Shown here piece after piece: positions 1-8,471 of a stretch of DNA of 64,000 nucleotides; the first letter of the stretch is position 1, and each line of letters opens with the position of its first letter. Source of the DNA: an uncultured archaeon (GTDB lineage: Archaea > Asgardarchaeota > Thorarchaeia > Thorarchaeales > Thorarchaeaceae); NCBI GenBank assembly GCA_964590575.1, contig CAZPWM010000001.1, positions 22,217 through 86,216 of the forward strand, given 5' to 3'. Below the pieces are notes generated by a model, which made no database searches, was not told where the DNA came from, and saw nothing but the letters and a program-made list of their open reading frames with translations. The position numbers were made by a program, and so were the translations under genes.

Positions 1-1
1 G

Positions 2-367
2 GGTCCATCGATAATGCATGGTGACTTGTGGATTCCTAACATTGTCTTCAAATCTGGACACATTACTCTACTTGATTTTGAAGCCTGTGCATACGGAAAT
101 CCGCTTTTTGATTTAGCCTACCTTCTTGAAACGCCTGTCAGCACCTCTATAGACAAAATTCATGGATTGGTAAGTCTTGAAGATGCGGATGAAGTCAATA
201 GCCTTAGACCACTCGTAGTTGCATTTCTAGTTAGCTGGTCTCTGGAACGACTCTTGTCAATGGAGTCTGGTTTAGTAGAACCAAATCTAGATACTCTCGA
301 GAACAGGTCTGCTCTTATTGATTACACCCTTTCCAAAATGACTCGGTTAAAGACACTCCTCTCCTAG
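2..367 (+). CDS. APH/choline-kinase-like phosphotransferase, C-terminal part (5' truncated by window)
   Basis: HGDLWIPNI Brenner motif, LLDFE and GNPLFDLA; frame is open from the window edge (GPSIMHGD). Confidence 0.8.
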   Translation, partial: GPSIMHGDLWIPNIVFKSGHITLLDFEACAYGNPLFDLAYLLETPVSTSIDKIHGLVSLEDADEVNSLRPLVVAFLVSWSLERLLSMESGLVEPNLDTLENRSALIDYTLSKMTRLKTLLS

Positions 368-2070
368 GTGAAGAAACTCTCGGGAGGTTTCTCCCATATC
401 TTCTCATCTACTGAAGCAATCACATATTGGTATCCTTGCTCAGTGAGGAAAAGTTGACGCTTGGCAGCGAAGTCCATATCGCGCGTGTCTTTTGTGATAA
501 GTGAGTAGAAACGTGCAAAGCTACCATCAGTTTTAGGTCGAAGAATTCTACCTAACCGCTGAGCTTCCTCCTGACGTGACCCAAAAGTTCCTGAGACCTG
601 AATAGCCACGTTAGCATCCGGGAGGTCAAGGGCGAAGTTTGCTACCTTGGACACAATCAGCAACTTTTCAGTTCCCTCTCTGAAAGCTTCATAGAGACGT
701 TGTCTTTCATCATTGTGGGTCTTCCCAGTAATCAGGGGTGCCCCAACCTCATCAGCTATCAATTTCAATTGGTCAAGATACATTCCGATGACGAGGATGT
801 TATCATCTTGATGATATTCGATGAGCTTCTTGATTATTTCGAGTTTCACTGGGTTCTCTGCTGCAATTCTGTACTTCTTCCTGTCCTCAGCAACCGCATA
901 CATTCTTCTCATATTATCTGGAAGGTCAAGTCTGATCTCATAGCAAATTGCTGTGGCAATCCAGCCTTGATCCTCTAGTTGTTTCCAAGGCATGTCAAAC
1001 CGTTTAGGTCCAATTAAGCTGAACACATCTTCCTCTTTCTCATCCTCGCGGACTAGAGTTGCTGTCAATCCTAACCTTCTGGTTGCTTGGATTGTTGCAG
1101 TGACTCGAAATACTGGTGCTGGAAGAAGATGAACCTCATCGTAGATAATGAGTCCCCAGTTTCTCGCTTCGAATATCTTGAAATGAGGGAACTTGTCCTC
1201 TCGTGACTTCCGCCAAGTGAGGATTTGATACGTAGCAACGGTGACCGGACGAATCTCTTTGCTATCTCCAGTATATTCTCCAATATCCTCCGGTCGTAGT
1301 GTTGTTTTATCAAGAAGTTCTGTGATCCATTGTCTGACTGCTACGACATTAGGGCATAGGATGATGGTTGAGGTCTGTAGTTTGTACATGGCTCCGATGC
1401 CCACCATTGTCTTTCCTGCTCCACATGGTAGGACAACGACTCCCGAACCACCTCTTTCTCCACCACCTGCATGAAAAATAGCAACAGCATCTTCCTGATA
1501 GTGCCTAAGACCCCACGTTTTTCCCTCGAGAGTTTTTTCGCGAATCTCAAAGGGCAGATGTTCTCCCTCTACGTAACCAGCAATGTCTTCGACCGGGTGT
1601 CCAATCTCTATTAGTGCATGTTTTAGAAAACCTCGTTGTGCAGGGTCAACGCGCATGGTGACCGCATCAGTTCTCTCGATGAGGTACTCTCTGACCTTTT
1701 TATTCGCCCATATCTCCTCTGCGAGGTCCTCATCTTCACATAGGAGAAGAATGTCGGGACCTTCCTTATACAGCGAGATTTGACCATATCTGGACATATA
1801 ATCGACAATCTCTCTGGCAATGTTGCCGGGGATTGGATACTTCGCGAATTTTTCCAGCGCAGCAATCACCTCCTTTGGTGACATCCCCATCGCCGCAGCA
1901 TTCCACAGACTCAGAGGTGTGACTCGGTATGTATGTACATACTCTGGACTTTTGACTAGCTCTGCAAAACGTGCCAAGGAATCACGCGCATTCTCATACA
2001 AAGGATTGTCTACTTCTAGAAGAACCGATTTATCAGATTGTACTATGAGTGGATTGCTTGGATTTGCCAT
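364..2070 (-). CDS. xpb: XPB/Rad25 SF2 DNA helicase (bacterial-type, with N-terminal helicase-associated domain)
   Basis: LPCGAGKT Walker A, DEVH, TATLVRED (RED motif), QEEAQRLGRILR motif VI. Confidence 0.93.
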   Translation of the reverse strand: MANPSNPLIVQSDKSVLLEVDNPLYENARDSLARFAELVKSPEYVHTYRVTPLSLWNAAAMGMSPKEVIAALEKFAKYPIPGNIAREIVDYMSRYGQISLYKEGPDILLLCEDEDLAEEIWANKKVREYLIERTDAVTMRVDPAQRGFLKHALIEIGHPVEDIAGYVEGEHLPFEIREKTLEGKTWGLRHYQEDAVAIFHAGGGERGGSGVVVLPCGAGKTMVGIGAMYKLQTSTIILCPNVVAVRQWITELLDKTTLRPEDIGEYTGDSKEIRPVTVATYQILTWRKSREDKFPHFKIFEARNWGLIIYDEVHLLPAPVFRVTATIQATRRLGLTATLVREDEKEEDVFSLIGPKRFDMPWKQLEDQGWIATAICYEIRLDLPDNMRRMYAVAEDRKKYRIAAENPVKLEIIKKLIEYHQDDNILVIGMYLDQLKLIADEVGAPLITGKTHNDERQRLYEAFREGTEKLLIVSKVANFALDLPDANVAIQVSGTFGSRQEEAQRLGRILRPKTDGSFARFYSLITKDTRDMDFAAKRQLFLTEQGYQYVIASVDEKIWEKPPESFFT

Positions 2071-2643
2071 ATTTTTTCATCATCCAGATACACATCGTTG
2101 CTTGAGTAAATGTCCTATCTGCACACGGAAAGCGTGAAACGGCGGAATTTTGTGGAGATAAACCCTTCGTTGTGACTTCTCGCTGTGACCGTAACGCCTA
2201 TATACTTCTGACTCCGAGCCCGCTGTAATTGGTTAACGGAGGTGCAATGAAAAAATGATTGTAATTAGACTTGATACTGTAGTATATACCTGCACCAACG
2301 TTGAGAACGCCTAACTGGCTTTCATTGCTTCTTTGTGCTTGTCCATCCATTCTACACATCGTGTATGGATTTTCATTGAAGCACGACGTTTGTTGTGGGT
2401 CTAGACTTCTCGAGGTTTGATGTGCTATTAACGTAAGATGTGTGTCGCTCAGCCGATGAGAGTGAACCCAAAGTTGTATACTAACAATCACAAAGAGAAT
2501 TTTTCGCTAAACACAAAAAATGCGAACCTAGAATGCAAAAGTTTGGATACACAGAGTCCAAAGAAACGACATGCTCCCCTCTTGGACAGCATTCCTGGGA
2601 TAAAGCATGGATGTAGACTCTCCACAAATGAGGTGGCCTAAAG

Positions 2644-3444
2644 ATGTCACCCGTAGTAGTAGAGAAGCTAAATCCTCGGAAACCCAGTGCGCTCTCTCTG
2701 AAGAGAGATGTTCAGAGAGGAAACAAGAGAGGATGGACGGTTGCGATCAATGAGATTAATCTAGACGAAGTCAGGGATGATGCTGTGAAATTCGGGCTTG
2801 CTACCGAAGTTCTCTATCAGATGAATGCTGGCAAGGAAGCATCGATTTACTTAGCGAACTGGAAAGACTTTCCACTCGTACTGAAAGCCTATAGATTCTG
2901 GCAGTCTGCTCAAGCGAAAAGGAGTAAGGGGTTCTTTGCTCCAGGAAGGATGCAGGCAATTGCAGCACAGGAGTACGGCCTATTACTGGCTTGTTTCAAA
3001 GCAGGAATGAATGTTCCCACTCCTGTTTCTCGCGTCGGCAACTATCTTACAATGAGATACATCGGCGACGATATAGATCCTGCGCCTCAACTTAGGAATG
3101 TCCAACTCGAAGAACCTGAACTTGTGTTGGATGAGATACTCGATGACTACCTAATTATGTACCGTGATGTTCACTACGTCCATGGAGACCTTAGTGCTTA
3201 CAATATATTGTGGTGGCAAGGTAGAGCATGGATTATCGATCTCCCTCAAGCGTATCAGGTTGGTCCCTGGGCTGACATGAAGAGGGTTGTGACTCTCCTA
3301 CGTCGTGACATTGTGAACCTGCTTCAGTATTTCAAGAAATACGGAATCAGACGAGACCCTGATGAGATCGTCAAAGTATTCCTCTCAGAATATGTTCCTC
3401 ACAATCTTAGGAACTACAATGAGACCGTAGCTGGGGGCGCCTGA
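2644..3444 (+). CDS. RIO1-family atypical Ser/Thr kinase, paralogue 1
   Basis: GKEASIY, VHGDLSAYNIL, IIDLPQ, RDIVNL; RBS GAGGTGG at 2630-2636. Confidence 0.9.
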   Translation: MSPVVVEKLNPRKPSALSLKRDVQRGNKRGWTVAINEINLDEVRDDAVKFGLATEVLYQMNAGKEASIYLANWKDFPLVLKAYRFWQSAQAKRSKGFFAPGRMQAIAAQEYGLLLACFKAGMNVPTPVSRVGNYLTMRYIGDDIDPAPQLRNVQLEEPELVLDEILDDYLIMYRDVHYVHGDLSAYNILWWQGRAWIIDLPQAYQVGPWADMKRVVTLLRRDIVNLLQYFKKYGIRRDPDEIVKVFLSEYVPHNLRNYNETVAGGA

Positions 3445-4281
3445 ATGAGTCGAGTAGACAAGTTCAATCCCCTGGCTAAGGGTAGTGTTATCGATCAGAA
3501 AAGAGATGCTTTGAGGGGTGGTACTAGTGGTAAAGCTGAAATTGGGGAACCAAAGTTTGAGGAGATTCGACGTGAAGCAATCACCTATGGACTGGCTACA
3601 GATGTACTCTATCCCATAAGTTCTGGAAAAGAAGCCTCAATATTTCTTGCCCTGTGGAAGAATCATCCAATCGTTCTAAAAGCCTACAGACTCTGGGCCA
3701 CTCCTCATAAATTGTCTATGACAAAGGGTCACATTAGAGAGTCCAGTGGTAAGAAGACTCGGTGGATACTTGGCTTGATTGAAGACATTGCAGTAGCAGA
3801 GTTCGATGTACTTCAAAACTGCTTCAATGCAGGTGTAAGAATTCCTACTCCAATCTCGCGGGTGGCTAACTACTTGACCATGAGGTTCATTGGAGATGTA
3901 GAAACCCCTGCTCCCCAACTTAGAGAGGTGCAGCTGGAGGCTCCAGAGCATGTTCTGAACGAAGTCTTCGACCAGTACCTGAAGATGTATCGCGATGCTC
4001 ACTATGTGCATGGAGATCTTAGTGCATACAACATCCTTTGGTGGCAAGACAAGCCCTGGATCATTGATGTTCCGCAGAGTGAAACAGTGAACAAATGGTC
4101 AGACATGAATAAGGTTGAGTTAATTCTTCGTCGTGACATTCACAATGTTCTCAAATATTTCGAGAGTTATGGAATAGAACGCGACCCTGAACATATTCTC
4201 AATGTGTTTCTTGATGCATATATTCCTGACAACTTGAGAAACTATAAGGAGCTACGGAATGAAGGTATGGAGCTCTTGTAG
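3445..4281 (+). CDS. RIO1-family atypical Ser/Thr kinase, paralogue 2
   Basis: SGKEASIF, VHGDLSAYNIL, IIDVPQ; abuts the upstream gene (TGA-ATG). Confidence 0.9.
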   Translation: MSRVDKFNPLAKGSVIDQKRDALRGGTSGKAEIGEPKFEEIRREAITYGLATDVLYPISSGKEASIFLALWKNHPIVLKAYRLWATPHKLSMTKGHIRESSGKKTRWILGLIEDIAVAEFDVLQNCFNAGVRIPTPISRVANYLTMRFIGDVETPAPQLREVQLEAPEHVLNEVFDQYLKMYRDAHYVHGDLSAYNILWWQDKPWIIDVPQSETVNKWSDMNKVELILRRDIHNVLKYFESYGIERDPEHILNVFLDAYIPDNLRNYKELRNEGMELL

Positions 4282-4414
4282 ATATCCTCTGCGAGAAATA
4301 TCTAATCACCACACGTCTAAATGAATTAAATGGAAAATACATAGTGAGCCTCAAGCTCATCGCCGAGGCTCCACATACAACATCGTTTGGACGGGTATTA
4401 GGCACGACTACCTA

Positions 4415-4438
4415 AAAAGACCACTAATGTGGTCTTTT
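4415..4438. terminator. Hairpin between convergent genes, candidate bidirectional terminator
   Basis: AAAAGACCAC-TAAT-GTGGTCTTTT, perfect 10-bp inverted repeat. Confidence 0.6.
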
Positions 4439-4447
4439 ATTCCACTT

Positions 4448-4864
4448 TTATGAGACCTTTCTGAGGACCACTCTGGATACTCCAGGGATCTTCTTCAGGC
4501 TATCTTCAAGTTCGTTGAGAGTCACAACCAGTTGATCTGGAATGAAGTAACACTCATAGTAGCAGCGCTCACCACGGAGACAAACTCCAGTTGTGAAGAT
4601 GATGTCGCTCAATTTTGCATCGTTAAATGCAAAGTTCAATTGCTTCAGGAAGTTACGAGAGAGATCACTGATTTCAATCCTGAGCAAATAAATATCCTCG
4701 TTAGCGACTGGGAAGATTTTCACGACGCGGTCTTTGTGGTGCATTACCACTAACCCTGCCTTCTCCCCGATGTCTGCCACAAACTCAGCCGGGAACACTA
4801 CTGGTTCTCCGGGTGTTAAGTGTAGAATAATCGCGCTTGTCGCCCCTTCTTTGTCTATAACCAT
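4448..4864 (-). CDS. Hypothetical protein with possible C-terminal ACT-like domain
   Basis: 138-aa ORF; C-terminus LEDSLKKIPGVSRVVL resembles ACT-fold ends; CxxxxxCxxxC motif. Confidence 0.55.
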   Translation of the reverse strand: MVIDKEGATSAIILHLTPGEPVVFPAEFVADIGEKAGLVVMHHKDRVVKIFPVANEDIYLLRIEISDLSRNFLKQLNFAFNDAKLSDIIFTTGVCLRGERCYYECYFIPDQLVVTLNELEDSLKKIPGVSRVVLRKVS

Positions 4865-5097
4865 TAGATTGGTACACGTCCTTCAGGGTCTGTACTTCAG
4901 TTGACTACGTTCTGTCTATATTAAGCTTATCTGTCACTATGCCTTTTTGAGTGTTGGCCATAGATTAGACTACTTTCAAGAAATTTTGCTAAAAATATAC
5001 GATAAATCCAGCTAAACAAAGCAAGCTATTATTTTACCAGAGTCGGAATCTATAATTGGAATCACGTACTGGATGTAGCTGAGGAGAGAGAGAAGCA

Positions 5098-5811
5098 GTG
5101 CATCCCCGTCTACTACAACTTGTAGGAATCATTTTAGTAATTGTTACACTTGCGATGACCTTCATTGTCTACCAAAGCACAATGATGATAGAAGGTCAAG
5201 AGTTCTTCACGATGATTGCTTCAGGAATGATTGCTTGGGCTATTGTTGCATTACCTGAATTAGTACTTGGCTTATGGCTGATTGCCAAAGGAACGCGTGA
5301 GGCTCGTATTGGAGATGTATCAGGAGACCTCATTCCCCTTGTACAGAAAGAAGGTCGTATCAGTGTGGATGATGCTGCCAGACAACTTGCTGTTGAACCA
5401 CAGGTTGTCGCTGACGCAGCAGAGAAACTAGCTAAGCGTCGACTGCCACTTGTATACCTAGATCGACGAGCTCATGAGATTGTGAGTCCGAAAGCTGTAT
5501 CGTTGAAGGAGAGTCTGTTACATCTTCTCTATGCACAGCGACGAATGACTTTTGACCAAATACAAAAAGTAACCGAGTCAACTGATGAGCAGATAGTGGA
5601 TGCCTTGAAGGAGTTGTCAAAACAGGGCAAGTTCAGAGGAGTAATTGATGAGAACTCGAGGGTGGTATACACTCAGGAAGCAGTATCTCAACTTCCTAAA
5701 GCAGTGACTGTTTGTCCTAACTGTGACGGAAAGTTGGAAGCTCCAATTCTACCAGGTGAGGAAGAATTCTGTCCATATTGTGGACATGCTATCGTGAACA
5801 GACTGAAGTGA
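5098..5811 (+). CDS. 2-TM membrane protein with tandem PCI-like winged helices and a C-terminal zinc ribbon
   Basis: Two hydrophobic helices; GRISVDDAARQL and GKFRGVID wHTH wings; CPNC...CPYC. Confidence 0.7.
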   Translation: MHPRLLQLVGIILVIVTLAMTFIVYQSTMMIEGQEFFTMIASGMIAWAIVALPELVLGLWLIAKGTREARIGDVSGDLIPLVQKEGRISVDDAARQLAVEPQVVADAAEKLAKRRLPLVYLDRRAHEIVSPKAVSLKESLLHLLYAQRRMTFDQIQKVTESTDEQIVDALKELSKQGKFRGVIDENSRVVYTQEAVSQLPKAVTVCPNCDGKLEAPILPGEEEFCPYCGHAIVNRLK

Positions 5812-5815
5812 CCTG

Positions 5816-6634
5816 TTACACTGCACAGGCGTAGGCTAGATTGCCGCCATGATTGACTACCTGAGCATTTCGTCTTCCTGAGTTCAGTTCAGAGAGGAAC
5901 TCGCTTATCCCCTCATTGACATCCTGGTATGACAATTCTCTGCCTGCAGTCCGTAATGCTATAGGTGCATAGCTCTCCTTCAGGATTGAAGCGTAGTCCC
6001 TCCTCAACCCCATCTTGTCACCAAAAATCTCTACACCCTGGACCTTCCCATCAACACTGACGATCATTCCAACCTCATCGTCTGTCCAGTTGAAGCGACT
6101 TATGTATCTCTCAAATTCATGTCCATGGTATGCATAGAGTTCTCCAAGTGCGCTTGTGCCAGAGTGGACTCCCCATGCTGAGAGAATCTGTTGAACTATG
6201 CTCCATACATATTGTTGGTTCCTACCTTCTAGGATTGCCTTTCGCATTGTGATCGGTGTGTTAGTATGTAACCATTCACCCTGTGAGTGTTCCCATCTTC
6301 CTGCTTCGATGCAGAACACATTCAGGTTTCTATATCCTTCAACTACTGTACTCTCAGCAATAATGCGGTCCTGCTTTCCGCCTCCGAGTACTCCCTCACC
6401 ACACCTGACCAATGTTGGTTCTTCTGCGAAGAAGCGAAGACTCGGTACATTACCGGTTTCTTCCACATTCATATTGCCCATTTCCAGAGCAATCTGAGTT
6501 GATACAATTCCATTATAGAGCTCAGCGCTTGCATCTACAATACCGGTCACCGCTAAATTCCCTTGGATCTGTGGTGCGGTCAATTCAGCATTATCGACTA
6601 GCTTCAATACTTGTCTTGTGGCCCCATTACTCAT
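5816..6634 (-). CDS. ARPP-1 (DUF6569)-like domain protein
   Basis: GGKQDRI, VFCIEAGRW, QQYVW, GMIVSVDGKVQGVEIF and ILKESY motifs recalled for this family. Confidence 0.7.
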   Translation of the reverse strand: MSNGATRQVLKLVDNAELTAPQIQGNLAVTGIVDASAELYNGIVSTQIALEMGNMNVEETGNVPSLRFFAEEPTLVRCGEGVLGGGKQDRIIAESTVVEGYRNLNVFCIEAGRWEHSQGEWLHTNTPITMRKAILEGRNQQYVWSIVQQILSAWGVHSGTSALGELYAYHGHEFERYISRFNWTDDEVGMIVSVDGKVQGVEIFGDKMGLRRDYASILKESYAPIALRTAGRELSYQDVNEGISEFLSELNSGRRNAQVVNHGGNLAYACAV

Positions 6635-6704
6635 GTTCCACCCTCATTCATTCTTGTGTGGTTAACTCTATAAAAACCGCACAGAATCTCTCAAAACAAG
6701 AATC

Positions 6705-7856
6705 TCATTCAAATCTCTCTCGACGAACTCTCCATCTATTAATGACGGTATCTCCTTTTACAACATGATAGTTGTCGTACAAATTTGCAGTAAGGCATGA
6801 GTGGTTGGGAAGTATCCTAATCTTATCTCCATGTTCAAAATGAAGAGTAGCATTTTTAGTCATGACGAGTTTTCCGTGCTCCTGTGATAATGCGTCAATG
6901 ATTACCCCACTTTCTAAACTCCCTGCATCGTAATCTCTGATTACCTGACCATATCCAGGGTTAGGTATAATATGAGTTGGTCCTTGGTCTTTTGAAAGAG
7001 CGGTTGCTCCTGCATCAATCACAATCCTGTCTTTGTTTTTGCTTATGACACTCGATAGAACGGTAAGAGCGCAATCAGCTACTTGACAAGAGCCTAGAGC
7101 AACCTGTGTATAATCAAAGAATACATAGTTACCCGGTCGTATCTCAGTAATGCCATCCCGAAACGTGTCCGTGAGAAGCGTAGTGGGTGTTGAACCAATA
7201 CTTACCACTTCAGGAGCCAGTTGAGCGCTTTCAGCCTTCAGTGTTTCTGCGAATTGAACCATTATTTCTTGCTCTTGTTTCGCAATGGTCTTGATCTCTT
7301 CAACAGTGGTCCCATTATAGGAATGACCTGCATGAGTCAAGATACCTTTGAAGTGTAGGTTTGGATTCTCATGAATCTTCTTTACAAGCGTAACCGCGCT
7401 GGGGCTTTTTGGGTCGATACCACATCGAGGGTATCCACAGTCTACCTTGACCAGAACATCTAGTTTCATCCGCGCCTCTCTACAAAACCTCTCAAGATGG
7501 TCGACGATTTTCGGATGATCCACGAGTAAATTTAGGTGCGTCTTTTCCGATATCCGTCGTACTCCTTGAAACTTGTCTAATGCTAGTGGGACTGCGTATG
7601 ATATATCCCTAAATCCTGCATCTGCAAATGCATCTGCTTCACCGAGTGTTGAAACTGTTATGCCCACTGCTCCATTTTCTAGTTGCTTCTTGCCAATCTC
7701 AATGCATTTGTGAGTCTTGATGTGTGGACGAAGATTAACTCCATTCTTCTTTGCCTTAGCAGCCATACTCCTGATATTGTACTCTAGCTTATCATAATCT
7801 ACGAGGAGAATCGGAGTCTTTAGGTCTGACAGATTCATCTTTGGCATTGCATACAC
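6705..7856 (-). CDS. Fold-type III PLP enzyme, DSD1 / D-threonine aldolase family
   Basis: RPHIKTHK PLP lysine, THAGHSY, GSTPT, EIRPGNYVFFD, SQEHG, PNHSC metal ligands. Confidence 0.9.
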   Translation of the reverse strand: MYAMPKMNLSDLKTPILLVDYDKLEYNIRSMAAKAKKNGVNLRPHIKTHKCIEIGKKQLENGAVGITVSTLGEADAFADAGFRDISYAVPLALDKFQGVRRISEKTHLNLLVDHPKIVDHLERFCREARMKLDVLVKVDCGYPRCGIDPKSPSAVTLVKKIHENPNLHFKGILTHAGHSYNGTTVEEIKTIAKQEQEIMVQFAETLKAESAQLAPEVVSIGSTPTTLLTDTFRDGITEIRPGNYVFFDYTQVALGSCQVADCALTVLSSVISKNKDRIVIDAGATALSKDQGPTHIIPNPGYGQVIRDYDAGSLESGVIIDALSQEHGKLVMTKNATLHFEHGDKIRILPNHSCLTANLYDNYHVVKGDTVINRWRVRRERFE

Positions 7857-7926
7857 TCGTTCTCTTGGTTGGACATACTACCTCAAATACTCTCGTGCGG
7901 GGCGAGCGGAATCGTTTAGTACAACA

Positions 7927-8466
7927 ATGAATTATTTTTTCTTGGTGTTTGAAATGGGTACAATCTCCAAACTTCTACTGAATATGTTAGAGCATGAGAG
8001 TAATCAAACGAGGTTTGTTTTATCTGCTGCTGAACATGTCGACCTCAAATATACTCCTAAGGACGGATTACGTTCACTCATTGATTTGGCTAATCACATT
8101 GCGCAGATTCCACTAATTGATCTTAAGTTCTATTCTATGGAATTCAAAACATTTGAAGAAGTTCAAGCAATGGAAAAAGAACTTCGTAAGAGGTCAATTG
8201 ATGAACTGCTGATAGTCTATGACCAAGGAATTGAAACGATCAAGGAATTCATCTCGAAACTCTCAGATGAACAACTTCTTGAAAATAACTTGAAAGTTAT
8301 TTTATCGTTATTCTATCAAAACGGTCATGAAAAGAGCTGGTCTCATTATATCCCAGAAATTACAACTCATCTCGCAATGCACAAAATGCAACTATGGATG
8401 TATCTGAAATTAGCGGATGCTCCTGTAAGTATGTGGACCTACTATGGTATTCCTCAAAGTGACTAG
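7927..8466 (+). CDS. DinB family protein
   Basis: RSLIDLANHIA and THLAMHKMQLWMYLK His pattern; true start may be the downstream ATG (MGTISK). Confidence 0.8.
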   Translation: MNYFFLVFEMGTISKLLLNMLEHESNQTRFVLSAAEHVDLKYTPKDGLRSLIDLANHIAQIPLIDLKFYSMEFKTFEEVQAMEKELRKRSIDELLIVYDQGIETIKEFISKLSDEQLLENNLKVILSLFYQNGHEKSWSHYIPEITTHLAMHKMQLWMYLKLADAPVSMWTYYGIPQSD

Positions 8467-8471
8467 TTGAA

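Noticed and set aside
2198-2641. ORFs 2198-2491 (-) and 2438-2641 (+)
   Set aside because: No motifs, mutually overlapping, atypical composition; likely intergenic noise
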